A DNA stretch of 35,338 nucleotides. Origin: a virus. How positions within the stretch are numbered: position 1 is the stretch's first letter; each line of letters begins with the position of its first letter. The position numbers and the translations under genes are program-made. The DNA is taken from IMG/VR virus record IMGVR_UViG_3300045988_173503, positions 1 to 35,338 of that record, one strand, 5' to 3'. The notes under the pieces were generated by a model. That model worked only from the letters and a program-made list of their open reading frames with translations. It searched no databases and was not told where the DNA came from. This document shows, one piece after another, positions 13,879 through 22,820 of the stretch.

Positions 13879-14034
13879 TTTTTCAGGTATACCCCCCCGG
13901 AGTCATGGCGGCTCTGGCGGGATCTCGCGTTCACGGCACATCGGGCATCGGAACACACAAAAATCCTAAAATGACCATATGTGTATGCGCGCATATACGC
14001 GCGCGGTAAATTGTAGAGAAGGGAGGCGGTCAGC

Positions 14035-14493
14035 ATGGGAAGACCGGCGAAAAGCGCGGAAATGCGCACCGGACACATGACAAAAACAGAGCGAGAAGGA
14101 CGCGAGATCGCGCAGAACGCCGTCCGCGGAAACGCGGATAAGATCAAGCCGCCGTCTCATCTTACAAAGGAACAGCGAGCGATATTCAAGAAGATCGTCG
14201 GCGAGCTGAAGGAGTCGGGGATTCTTTCGAACCTCGATGTCTACGTACTCGGCAACTGCGCTATCGCTATCGACCGGGTACGTGAGTATGACCGGATGAT
14301 CATAGAGAAACCGGAGCTGCTGCTCGACAAGGACGCGATACGGAATCGGAACACCTGCGTCAGCGAGTTCTACCGCTGCTGCAACGAGCTTTGTCTGTCT
14401 CCGCAGGCTCGCGCGAAGATCGGCGCAGCGAATCTCGTCAAGCGTCAGGCGGCGGCTGATCCGATCGCTCAGGCACTCGGAGGCGGAACTTGA
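14035..14493 (+). CDS. terS: Terminase small subunit (P27-family-like)
   Basis: N-terminus MGRPAKSAEMRTGHMTKTEREGRE and the size and position upstream of TerL match P27-type small terminases. Confidence 0.8.
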   Translation: MGRPAKSAEMRTGHMTKTEREGREIAQNAVRGNADKIKPPSHLTKEQRAIFKKIVGELKESGILSNLDVYVLGNCAIAIDRVREYDRMIIEKPELLLDKDAIRNRNTCVSEFYRCCNELCLSPQARAKIGAANLVKRQAAADPIAQALGGGT

Positions 14494-16187
14494 TACAGAA
14501 TCATCCATCATACATTTACGCGAAGCGCGTCGCCACTCGCGAGCTGAATTCGCCGAAGTACGTTATAAAGCAGGCGGCTGAATTCCTGCGTATCGCTGAC
14601 GGCGAGGACACGAAGTACACGATAGACGAGCATCGCGTGAGTCAGATCGACAATCTTCTGAAGCTCTTCATCATGCCTGTCGGAGTGAAAGCCGGCACAC
14701 CGATCTATGATTGCTCGACCGGGTATCAGTGGCTCGTCTATGTGGCGTCGCTCGCGGTCGTCCGGCGTGACGACATTACACAGAGACGTTATCAGACTGT
14801 CGTACTGGAAATCTGCCGGAAGAACTTCAAGACCTTCACGGTCGCGACGATGTTCTTGCTACTGTTCTTCACCGAGCCGAAATTCTCGGAGTTCTACTCA
14901 GTCGCTCCGGACGGAACGCTTTCACGCGAAGTCCGCGAGGCGTTCAGCAAGATAATCGCCTCGTCCCCGGCTCTCTGCGGGAATCCCGACGAGGGAATCG
15001 CGGCAAAATTCCGCGTTCTGCGCGACTATGTGACCTGCATTCCGATGCAGAGCAGATTCACGCCGCTCGCATACTCTACAAGCCGCATGGACGGTCGTCA
15101 GCCAAATGTATTCCTCGCTGATGAGGTCGGCGCGCTCCCGACGTCATATCCGATCGAGGCTATGCGCTCGGGACAGATACTCCTCAAAAACAAGCTTGGC
15201 TTCATCATCTCGACCAAGTATCCGACCTTCGATAATCCTTTTGAGGAGGAAATCGGATACGCGAAAAAGGTGCTTGACGGCATTATCGACGACGAAACCG
15301 TCTTCGCCCTGCTCTACGAGCCGGACAAGACCACCGGATGGGAGACCGACGACGGAATCCTCGAACAGGCGAACCCGGTCGTCTTCGACAATCCGGCGGT
15401 CATGGATGACCTCAAAAAGAAGCGCGCGAAGGCTCTCGAACAGCCGTCAGTGCGCGAGAACTTCGTGACAAAGCACTGCAATATCATCTACCAGGGGATC
15501 GGAACAGAATCCTATATTGACGTCTCGCTCGTCCGGAAATGCGCGGTCGAGAGCATTGACTTCTCCGGCAAGACAGTCTATGTCGGTGAGGACCTCTCCA
15601 TGTCGAACGACAACACGTCGACGATGTTCGTCGCGTATGACGCCGAGAGGGACGTCATACAGATCGGCGGAATGGCGTTCATTCCGGCGGACAAAGAGGA
15701 GATCAAGACAAAGACCGAAAGATTCGATTATCACGAGGCGATAAAAGCCGGAGAGTGTACCGCGTGCGGAGGTATGACGATTGCTTATGATGTGGTCGAG
15801 GACTGGACGCTCGCGATTCCGGAACGCTTCGGCGCGAAGATCGGCGCGATAGGCTACGACAGATACAACGCCATCTCATCGGCTCAGAAATGGGAAGCCG
15901 CCGGAGAGCTGACAGTCGAGATAAAACAGCACTCATCAGTGCTTCATCCGGCGACGAAGCTGCTCTCGGAATACATTGAGAACGGTAAGGTCGAGTATGT
16001 CCACAACAAGCTGCTCGAAGTCAACTTCCAGAACGCGAGATGCGTCTATGACGCAAATCTCAACCGATACGTCAACAAGAAACGCTCAAACGGCAAGGTA
16101 GATATGGTCGTCGCGCTGATAAACGCGGTCTACCTGCTGATGGAAAACGAACTTCTCGCGCCGGACAGCTTCGGCGCGCAATGGTAG
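14490..16187 (+). CDS. terL: Terminase large subunit
   Basis: 565 aa. TTG start overlapping the terS stop, with GGAGG upstream. ATPase-like segment VVLEICRKNFKT and nuclease-half acidic motifs. Canonical position between TerS and portal. Confidence 0.85.
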   Translation: MIQNHPSYIYAKRVATRELNSPKYVIKQAAEFLRIADGEDTKYTIDEHRVSQIDNLLKLFIMPVGVKAGTPIYDCSTGYQWLVYVASLAVVRRDDITQRRYQTVVLEICRKNFKTFTVATMFLLLFFTEPKFSEFYSVAPDGTLSREVREAFSKIIASSPALCGNPDEGIAAKFRVLRDYVTCIPMQSRFTPLAYSTSRMDGRQPNVFLADEVGALPTSYPIEAMRSGQILLKNKLGFIISTKYPTFDNPFEEEIGYAKKVLDGIIDDETVFALLYEPDKTTGWETDDGILEQANPVVFDNPAVMDDLKKKRAKALEQPSVRENFVTKHCNIIYQGIGTESYIDVSLVRKCAVESIDFSGKTVYVGEDLSMSNDNTSTMFVAYDAERDVIQIGGMAFIPADKEEIKTKTERFDYHEAIKAGECTACGGMTIAYDVVEDWTLAIPERFGAKIGAIGYDRYNAISSAQKWEAAGELTVEIKQHSSVLHPATKLLSEYIENGKVEYVHNKLLEVNFQNARCVYDANLNRYVNKKRSNGKVDMVVALINAVYLLMENELLAPDSFGAQW

Positions 16188-16198
16188 GAGGTGATAAC

Positions 16199-17431
16199 AT
16201 GGGAATATTCAAGAGAGCGAAACGAGCCGAGGAAGGCATCATCGACGCCGATGTTCTGCTGACCAAACTCGGCGACGACAATGTGACCGAGCAGATCGCT
16301 TTGCAGATTCCGGCTATCGCTTCTTCAGTCGACTGGATCGCGTCGCGGATAAAATCACTCCCGATAAAGCTCTACGAGGAGAGGGACGGCAAAACCGAGG
16401 AGATCACCGACGATTATCGGCTGAAGCTCCTCAACGACGAAAACGACTACGACACGATGACCGCCACCGAGATGAAGGAGGCTATGGTGCGCGACTATCT
16501 GCTCTGCGGACGCGCGTACGCTTTCATCGACTGGGATCTGAACAGCGTCAGGGCTCTACACTATGTCCGCGCCGGAGACGTGAGCTACAATCTGCCGCTC
16601 GATCCTATCTACCGCTCAGCAAGCTACTACATAGGCGGCAAGGAATACCGTCCGTATCAGCTCCTGCGCCTTCTCAGGCATACCCGCGACGGCGTGTCGG
16701 GAAAGTCGATACTTGCCGAGAGTCCGACGCTCATATCTGTCGCTTACAAAACGCTCCTCTTCGAGCGGAAACTTGTTGCGTCGGGCGGATGCCGGAAGGC
16801 GTATATCAAATCTGATAAACCACTCGCGAAGCCTGCGCTCGAAGATCTGAAAGAGGGCTGGCGCAGGCTCTGGACACTCGATGGAGACGCGGCGATTGCA
16901 CTCAACGCCGGCGTGGACGTCAAAGAGGCGGCGTCATCGCCGACCGAGTTGCAGCTCAACGAGAACAAGATAACGAACTCCGGGCAGATATACGAGGCTC
17001 TGGGGCTGTCGTCCGAGATCATCCGCGGCACAGCGACCGACGAGCAGATCGCGCACGCGGTCGAGAGCGTCATCATTCCGATAGTCTCGGACTTTCAGGC
17101 GATACTCAACCGGAATCTGCTCCTCGAAAATGAGAAAAACAGGCTGTACTTCGCGTTCGACCTGAAAGAACTGCTCCGCGGAGATATTGTGAAGCGTTAT
17201 CAGGCGTACAAGGTCGCGCTCGAATCGAACTTCATGCAGCTCGACGAGGTGCGGTACGCCGAGGATCTTCCGCCGCTCGGGTTCAATTATCTGCGGCTCG
17301 GGCTTAACGACGTTCTGTTCGACGCTAAGACGAAAACGATCTACACACCGAACATGAACGCTTTCGCTAGGCTCGGCGGAAAGGCCAAGATTGAAGGAGG
17401 TGAAGAAAATGAGAGTGGAGATAAGAGCTGA
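16199..17431 (+). CDS. Portal protein (HK97-family-like)
   Basis: ATG after GGAGGTG (track ORF 16181..17431). 410 aa. Sits between terminase and prohead protease. Confidence 0.85.
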   Translation: MGIFKRAKRAEEGIIDADVLLTKLGDDNVTEQIALQIPAIASSVDWIASRIKSLPIKLYEERDGKTEEITDDYRLKLLNDENDYDTMTATEMKEAMVRDYLLCGRAYAFIDWDLNSVRALHYVRAGDVSYNLPLDPIYRSASYYIGGKEYRPYQLLRLLRHTRDGVSGKSILAESPTLISVAYKTLLFERKLVASGGCRKAYIKSDKPLAKPALEDLKEGWRRLWTLDGDAAIALNAGVDVKEAASSPTELQLNENKITNSGQIYEALGLSSEIIRGTATDEQIAHAVESVIIPIVSDFQAILNRNLLLENEKNRLYFAFDLKELLRGDIVKRYQAYKVALESNFMQLDEVRYAEDLPPLGFNYLRLGLNDVLFDAKTKTIYTPNMNAFARLGGKAKIEGGEENESGDKS

Positions 17432-17993
17432 CAACAAAGTCCACATTGAAGGATATGTCAACGCCGTCGGCAGGGATTCGCGCCCGCTTCCGTCGCCGAA
17501 GGGCAAATTCGTCGAGCAGGTCGCGCCGGGCGTGTTCAACCGCGCCTGCGCCGCGAAAAAGCCGGAAGTGATGCTTGATCATCACCGTGTGCTTGACGCT
17601 GACGCGACATTCCGCGAGGACAATATCGGATTGCACATCTCAGCCGACATTACCGACAAGGAAGTCGCTGAGAAAGCACGCCGGAAGGAGCTTCGCGGAT
17701 GGTCGTTCGGTTTCGCGCTGAATCCCGGCGGAGAAAGCTGGGACGACAGCGCGAAACCATTCCCACGCCGGACTCTGACCGACATAAACCTCGCTGAGGT
17801 GTCACTCATCGACAGCAGCATGACGCCCTGCTATGTCGGGACGTCGGTCGAGACTCGTGCGGAAGGCGAGATCACGACCGAGCTCAGGTCGGCGGTCGAG
17901 GAAGAAACCGAGACTATCGACACGGACATCAGAATCAAAAACGAGTTGCTCGCAAAGCAGTTTGAATTATTTGCAGAAAGGAATATGATATGA
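17409..17993 (+). CDS. Prohead maturation protease (HK97 family, S78-like)
   Basis: ATG after GGAGGTG. Pattern IEGYVNAVGRDS...EQVAPGVFNR...LDHH...EDNIGLHISADI...LRGWSFGF. Confidence 0.85.
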   Translation: MRVEIRADNKVHIEGYVNAVGRDSRPLPSPKGKFVEQVAPGVFNRACAAKKPEVMLDHHRVLDADATFREDNIGLHISADITDKEVAEKARRKELRGWSFGFALNPGGESWDDSAKPFPRRTLTDINLAEVSLIDSSMTPCYVGTSVETRAEGEITTELRSAVEEETETIDTDIRIKNELLAKQFELFAERNMI

Positions 17994-19168
17994 AAATCAA
18001 GGAACTTATCGAAAAGAGAAACAATCTCCTCACCAGAATGAAGGAAATCCTCAACAAGGCGTCGACCGAAACCCGCGCGATGACCGACGAGGAAAACACC
18101 GAGTATCAGAACGCGAAAAATGAGGTCGAGCGTCTTCGTCTGACCATCGTCGAGATGCAGGACGCCGAGCGTCGCGGCGCTTCGAGTGAAGAGACAAACG
18201 ACAACGGTCAGGCTGGCGGTCAGTCCGACGAACAGAGAGCCGAGGCAGAGACGCACGAATTCGCAAATTACATCCGCGGCGTCGCGAACCGCCTTGAGAC
18301 GAGAGCGGGCGAACAGAATGTGTCCATGTCGAACAACACCGCGGTCATTCCGGTGTCCATCGCAAACCGCATTATAACAAAGATACAGGATATCTGCCCG
18401 ATATTCAAAGGCACGACGCAGTATCACGTCAAGGGCAAGCTCAGAGTTCCGAAGTGGACCGACGCGAACTCCACCCACAACATCACCTGCGGTTACGCGA
18501 CCGAGTTCACCGACCTTGCCGCCGACGCCGGAAAGTTCGATTCGGTCGACCTTGAGGGTTACCTCATGGGAGCGCTGACTCTGATCGGCAGATCCGTCGT
18601 TAACAACGCGGACATAGACGTCGTCAATTTCGTCATCGGACAGATGGCGGAGGTCGCGGCGAGAAAGATCGAAAAGGAGTGTCTTGTCGGCACTGGTTCG
18701 TCGGCTATGACCGGAGCGACTACTACCAGCACCGGACTCACCGCGGCTGCCGCGGCGGCTGTCACCGCCGACGAGCTTATCACGCTTCAGGCGAAGATCA
18801 AGCAGAGCTACCAGAAGAACGCCTGCTGGACGATGCACCCGAACACCTTTACCGAGATAAAGAAGCTCAAGGACACCACGAACCGCTATCTGCTTCAGGA
18901 AGATTTCAGCTCCGACCTCCCGTTCAGACTTCTCGGCAAGCCGGTAAATCTGTCGGATAATATGCCCGCTATGGCGGCAGGCGCGAAGCCGATCCTTTAC
19001 GGCGATTATTCCGGACTGTCGGTCAACATCCGCGAAGAGCCGTCTGTTGAGGTGCTTCGCGAGAAGTACGCGACACAGCACGCGCTCGGCGTCGTCATGT
19101 GGTTCGAGATGGACTCCAAGGTTACAGACGAACAGAAGCTCGCGGTTCTCACCATGAAGGCGTCCTGA
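17990..19168 (+). CDS. Major capsid protein (HK97 fold) with N-terminal coiled-coil delta/scaffold region
   Basis: 392 aa, directly after the protease (ATGA overlap). Charged helical N-terminus of about 100 aa, then a typical HK97-family body. Confidence 0.85.
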   Translation: MKIKELIEKRNNLLTRMKEILNKASTETRAMTDEENTEYQNAKNEVERLRLTIVEMQDAERRGASSEETNDNGQAGGQSDEQRAEAETHEFANYIRGVANRLETRAGEQNVSMSNNTAVIPVSIANRIITKIQDICPIFKGTTQYHVKGKLRVPKWTDANSTHNITCGYATEFTDLAADAGKFDSVDLEGYLMGALTLIGRSVVNNADIDVVNFVIGQMAEVAARKIEKECLVGTGSSAMTGATTTSTGLTAAAAAAVTADELITLQAKIKQSYQKNACWTMHPNTFTEIKKLKDTTNRYLLQEDFSSDLPFRLLGKPVNLSDNMPAMAAGAKPILYGDYSGLSVNIREEPSVEVLREKYATQHALGVVMWFEMDSKVTDEQKLAVLTMKAS

Positions 19169-19171
19169 CAA

Positions 19172-19459
19172 ATGGTCAGCATGATCACCGCGGCTGAACT
19201 GCTCGATTATGTCCGTGAGGATAACCCCGACGAGGTGGCGGTCGGGCAGATCGAGCAGATGAAAAAAGCCGCTGTCGGCTACATAATGGCGTACACCGGG
19301 CAGAGCGCGGAATATCTCGACGAACACGACGAGTTTGACGCTGTTCTGATGGTACTCGTCGCCGATATGTACGACAACCGTTCGCTGATAGTCGACAGCG
19401 ACAAGCAGAATCCGTTCGTCGTGTCGGTGCTTGATATGCACAGGGTGAATCTGATATGA
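19172..19459 (+). CDS. Head-tail connector protein (gp6-like)
   Basis: 95 aa, immediately after the capsid gene. The N-terminus ITAAELLDYVRED... is typical of gp6-like connectors. Confidence 0.65.
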   Translation: MVSMITAAELLDYVREDNPDEVAVGQIEQMKKAAVGYIMAYTGQSAEYLDEHDEFDAVLMVLVADMYDNRSLIVDSDKQNPFVVSVLDMHRVNLI

Positions 19460-19803
19460 TTAAATCCATGTCAACAAGGCTCAGAAACCGTGTCGAGGTC
19501 TGGGGGCGGAAAACCGCCCTCAACACTCTCGGTGAGACGGACGGAGAGGAGCAGAAACTCGCGGCGCTGTGGTGTGATATTGTCCCGAAGTCCGGACGCG
19601 CCGAGCAGATCGGAGACGTCCCGGCGGCAATATACGAAAGCATAACGCATGAGGTGACATTCAGAAGATCTGCCGCCAAGCAGTTAAACGAGAAATATCA
19701 TCTCAGGATCGGTGACGAACGGCTCGAGATACAGTATATCATGCCGCATTACAACGAGCCGGATAAGATCGTCGCTTATTGCCGGGAGGTCAACAATTTG
19801 TGA
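19456..19803 (+). CDS. Head closure / head-tail adaptor protein
   Basis: 115 aa. ATGA overlap with the upstream gene. Sequence LRNRVEVWGRK... resembles head-closure proteins. Confidence 0.6.
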   Translation: MIKSMSTRLRNRVEVWGRKTALNTLGETDGEEQKLAALWCDIVPKSGRAEQIGDVPAAIYESITHEVTFRRSAAKQLNEKYHLRIGDERLEIQYIMPHYNEPDKIVAYCREVNNL

Positions 19804-20330
19804 AAGAGTACACGATAGACCAGTACCGCGACAAAATGATGGAGATTGCGCAAAAGACACTGCCGAAGGAATCAAAGCGCATTCTCGCGACAGAATCACA
19901 AAAGCTGAAACGACATCTTTTGAAATATGCCAAGCAAAATGTTCCGGTATCGGAGATAGATGTTCCGGAGCACAAGAAATATCACACTCATTTCAAGGTC
20001 GGCAAGACATACAGCTATAACGATGCTCTGTCAAAACGAGTTTTTAATAATTCCGGTCACGGTAAATACGTTGAAAGTGGGCGTCCTGTAGTCTATGGCT
20101 ACAGATCCGGAGAGAAATGGGGACCAAAAGCTTACTGTGAAAGATGGGGGCAAGGTCATGCGAGGTATTACAAACCGCGCTATGATCCCAATAAACAGCG
20201 TGTGTACTCTGTCCAGCGTAAATCCAGGCATTATGATGTATACTGGCACGTAAAATCGGACTTTGATCCGGTTTACAAGCAAGACCTGATGACATGGATC
20301 GACAAAATGGTCAATGAGGGCAAATTATGA
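19800..20330 (+). CDS. HK97 gp10-like tail-completion/neck protein
   Basis: GTG at 19800 overlaps the upstream TGA (GTGA). The track ORF begins at 19779. Position and size fit a gp10-family protein. Confidence 0.5.
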   Translation: MKEYTIDQYRDKMMEIAQKTLPKESKRILATESQKLKRHLLKYAKQNVPVSEIDVPEHKKYHTHFKVGKTYSYNDALSKRVFNNSGHGKYVESGRPVVYGYRSGEKWGPKAYCERWGQGHARYYKPRYDPNKQRVYSVQRKSRHYDVYWHVKSDFDPVYKQDLMTWIDKMVNEGKL

Positions 20331-20767
20331 TAACAATCGATAAAATCAACGCTATGATCATCGAGAGGGTCCGAACCTTATATCCGAACATTCCGTTCAC
20401 GGCGCAGGAAAAGCTCGAGGAAATCGAGCGTCCGGCGTTCAAGCTGATCATCGACGAATCGCAGAGCGAGAAGTTCGCGGGTAATATGGTCCGCCGCGTG
20501 TTTCCGGTGGAACTTGTCTACTTCGCGAAGGACAAGCTCAGACCGAAGCTCGAGTGTTTCGATGTATATGAGAAGGTCGAACCCGCGCTTTACGCGCTGA
20601 CAGACAAGCTCAAAGCCGGACTTATATCGGCGGACGGCGTTCTCACGGTCGATTTTGATGTCACTCAGATCGATGAGATTACTATAATCGACGAGGATCC
20701 GGACAGTATCGGGTCGGGTGAAGATATGGAAATCCTTAATACGGAGGTAAATGATCAATGGCAGTAA
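20327..20767 (+). CDS. Tail terminator/completion protein (146 aa)
   Basis: ATGA overlap. Position immediately upstream of the sheath gene. Confidence 0.45.
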   Translation: MITIDKINAMIIERVRTLYPNIPFTAQEKLEEIERPAFKLIIDESQSEKFAGNMVRRVFPVELVYFAKDKLRPKLECFDVYEKVEPALYALTDKLKAGLISADGVLTVDFDVTQIDEITIIDEDPDSIGSGEDMEILNTEVNDQWQ

Positions 20768-21855
20768 CAATGCCGAAAGTTGAGATAACGTTCTCACAGA
20801 GAGCGGCGTCTCTCGTAGAGCGCTCCGAGCGCGGTATCGCGGTGCTTATCGTGCGCGACGCGACCGAGGGCGCGAACACAACATTCTACGCGTTTTCAAG
20901 CCGCGCGGACGCCGACAAGAAGAGCGACGAATTCACGGCAACCAATATGCAGTACATAGACGATGTCTTCGCGCTGAAACAGCCGTACAAGGTGTGTGTC
21001 GTGCGTATAGGAACGTCCGGAACCGTTGCCGACGCCACGGCTATCATCGAAAAAAATGTCCGTACCGGCTGGGTGACGGTCGCGGACGGAACCTCGACCG
21101 ATTTCTCTGCGCTCGTATCGTGGATAGGCACGTGCGAGGGGAACGCGAAGACATACAAAGCTATCGTTCACGGGCTCTCGACAGCGCCGGACAAGCGTCA
21201 CGTCGTGAACTTTATAAACACCAAAGTCACGTTCGCGGATGCGCGCGGAGAACAGACCGGACCAGCTTATCTGCCGTCGCTCCTCGGGCTTCTCGCCGGA
21301 GCGAATGTTGAGACCGGAGTGACAAACGCCGTGTGCGGAAATCTCTCCGGATGTGTCGCTGTCGACAACGCCGACACAGCGGTCGGCGCGGGCAAATTCA
21401 TCCTTGTTCCGGACGTCGACGCGGTCTACGTCGGAACCGGCGTCAACTCGCTGACAACCACCAACGGCAAGACGCTGACGGAGGACATGAAATATATCGA
21501 GACAGTTGAGGCAATGGATCTCATTGCCGACGATATCCGTGACGAGTTCAGAACGAACTATCTCGGCAAGTACAAGAACTGCCTTGACAATCAGATGCTT
21601 TTCGTCGCCGCTGTCAGAGGCTATTTCAGTGACCTCGCCGGGTCGCTCATACTCGATAATGAGTACGAAAACACTGTCGATATAGATGTGACCGCACAGC
21701 GCGCAGCGTGGGTCGCGTCCGGCAAAACCGAAGCGTCCGAATGGGAGGACGCGAAGGTCCGCCAGATGTCCTTCAAGCACACCGTATACCTGACAGCGGA
21801 TATAAAGATTCTCGGATCGATGGAAAACCTGAAGTTCGAGATAGCTATGGCATAA
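20758..21855 (+). CDS. Contractile tail sheath protein (XkdK-like)
   Basis: 365 aa, directly upstream of an XkdM-like tube gene. The N-terminal pattern ITFSQRAASLVERSERGIAVLIVRD resembles sheath N-termini. Confidence 0.7.
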   Translation: MAVTMPKVEITFSQRAASLVERSERGIAVLIVRDATEGANTTFYAFSSRADADKKSDEFTATNMQYIDDVFALKQPYKVCVVRIGTSGTVADATAIIEKNVRTGWVTVADGTSTDFSALVSWIGTCEGNAKTYKAIVHGLSTAPDKRHVVNFINTKVTFADARGEQTGPAYLPSLLGLLAGANVETGVTNAVCGNLSGCVAVDNADTAVGAGKFILVPDVDAVYVGTGVNSLTTTNGKTLTEDMKYIETVEAMDLIADDIRDEFRTNYLGKYKNCLDNQMLFVAAVRGYFSDLAGSLILDNEYENTVDIDVTAQRAAWVASGKTEASEWEDAKVRQMSFKHTVYLTADIKILGSMENLKFEIAMA

Positions 21856-21866
21856 GGAGAAAAGGC

Positions 21867-22289
21867 ATGGACAAGCTTATACGAACCTTCACCGGCAGCG
21901 ACGCCGTAGTCTGGCTCGGCGGAGATCAGCTCGCCACTCTCAGCAAGATAGATATTTCCGTCAACGGCAAATTCGAGAATGTCACAGTCTGCGGAGATTA
22001 CCGCACATATCCCGTGTACGGCGGATATTCGGTCGAGGGCAGCGTCACCGTCTACAAGATCGATTCGACCATCCAGAAGAAATGGGGACGCGCGTATCGT
22101 ACCGGTATCATGCCGGACATCAAGATCATCACGAAGCTCAGGGACAAGGCTACGGGGAAATCCGAGCGTTACGTGATTCATAACGTCGTATTCAAGAATT
22201 TCGATATTCTGAACTGCGAGTCGCAGAAACCGATCGAACAGAACGTTTCGATTCAGGCTGTTGATTTTGAACCGCTGGAGGAGATATAA
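21867..22289 (+). CDS. Tail tube protein (XkdM-like)
   Basis: Internal ATG of track ORF 21708..22289, after AAGGAGAAAAGGC. Sequence ...GSDAVVWLGGDQLATLSKIDISVNGKFENVTVCGD...GSVTVYKIDS parallels PBSX XkdM. Confidence 0.8.
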   Translation: MDKLIRTFTGSDAVVWLGGDQLATLSKIDISVNGKFENVTVCGDYRTYPVYGGYSVEGSVTVYKIDSTIQKKWGRAYRTGIMPDIKIITKLRDKATGKSERYVIHNVVFKNFDILNCESQKPIEQNVSIQAVDFEPLEEI

Positions 22290-22290
22290 A

Positions 22291-22662
22291 ATGGAAAAAG
22301 CCACAATGGACGACATTCTCCGTCTGAAACTCAGACGCGAGCGGTCAGAGTCCGAAACAGAAGAGATCGAAATAAAGTCACTCGGAAAGACGCTGACATT
22401 CCACGCGCCGACGAGCGATCAGCAGCTCGATTTCATCGGAAAGGTAAGAGCGGGCGGCGGAGACATCTCCGCGATTTATCGGGCTTACCGGCAAATGGTA
22501 TATGACTGCTGTGACATTCTGCACGGAACGGCGCTACAACAGGAAAACAGCGGCGATCCGCGGGATATAGTTGATCAGCTCTTTACACCGGCTGAGGTGA
22601 TAGAACTCGGCGACACGCTCGCGGACAGGTTCCTGACAGTCGGGGACGCAATAAAAAACTGA
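22291..22662 (+). CDS. Tail assembly chaperone (XkdN/gpG-like), zero-frame product
   Basis: ATG at 22291 within track ORF 22261..22662. Sits between tube and tape measure. Ends in the slippery heptamer A-AAA-AAC (22653..22659). Confidence 0.7.
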   Translation: MEKATMDDILRLKLRRERSESETEEIEIKSLGKTLTFHAPTSDQQLDFIGKVRAGGGDISAIYRAYRQMVYDCCDILHGTALQQENSGDPRDIVDQLFTPAEVIELGDTLADRFLTVGDAIKN

Positions 22663-22817
22663 TAGATCACGACGAGGAAATGAGTTTATACGCTTTCTGG
22701 TTGCTCAGGGGCTATTCGCTCCGTGAGCTCGCGGCACTGAGCGTGGGAGAGCGTCTGTACCTTTCCGCCGTTCGTGATATATACGTTGAAGGACTCAGGG
22801 GAGAGGGGGACAGTTAA
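22291..22817 (+). CDS. Predicted -1 frameshift extension product of the tail chaperone (gpGT-like)
   Basis: After a -1 slip at 22653..22659 the reading frame continues CTG ATA GAT CAC GAC GAG GAA ATG AGT... to the TAA at 22815..22817. This adds about 52 aa (…LIDHDEEMSLYAFWLLRGYSLRELAALSVGERLYLSAVRDIYVEGLRGEGDS). Confidence 0.6.
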
Positions 22818-22820
22818 ACA

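Noticed and set aside
17831-19441. 536-aa minus-strand ORF (also 6548..7711, 5379..6230, 20896..21780, 9061..9708, 13966..14511 and 21621..22316 on the minus strand)
   Set aside because: These run antisense to confidently assigned genes (capsid, PcfJ-like, ssb, sheath, coiled-coil protein, terS, tube). Their translations are Arg/Ser/Val-rich low-complexity without motifs or RBSs. They are typical shadow ORFs of GC-biased coding DNA.
22680-22817. Independent 45-aa gene between the chaperone and the tape measure
   Set aside because: It is more simply explained as the -1 frameshift extension of the chaperone: the frame is continuous from the slippery site and there is no RBS of its own.
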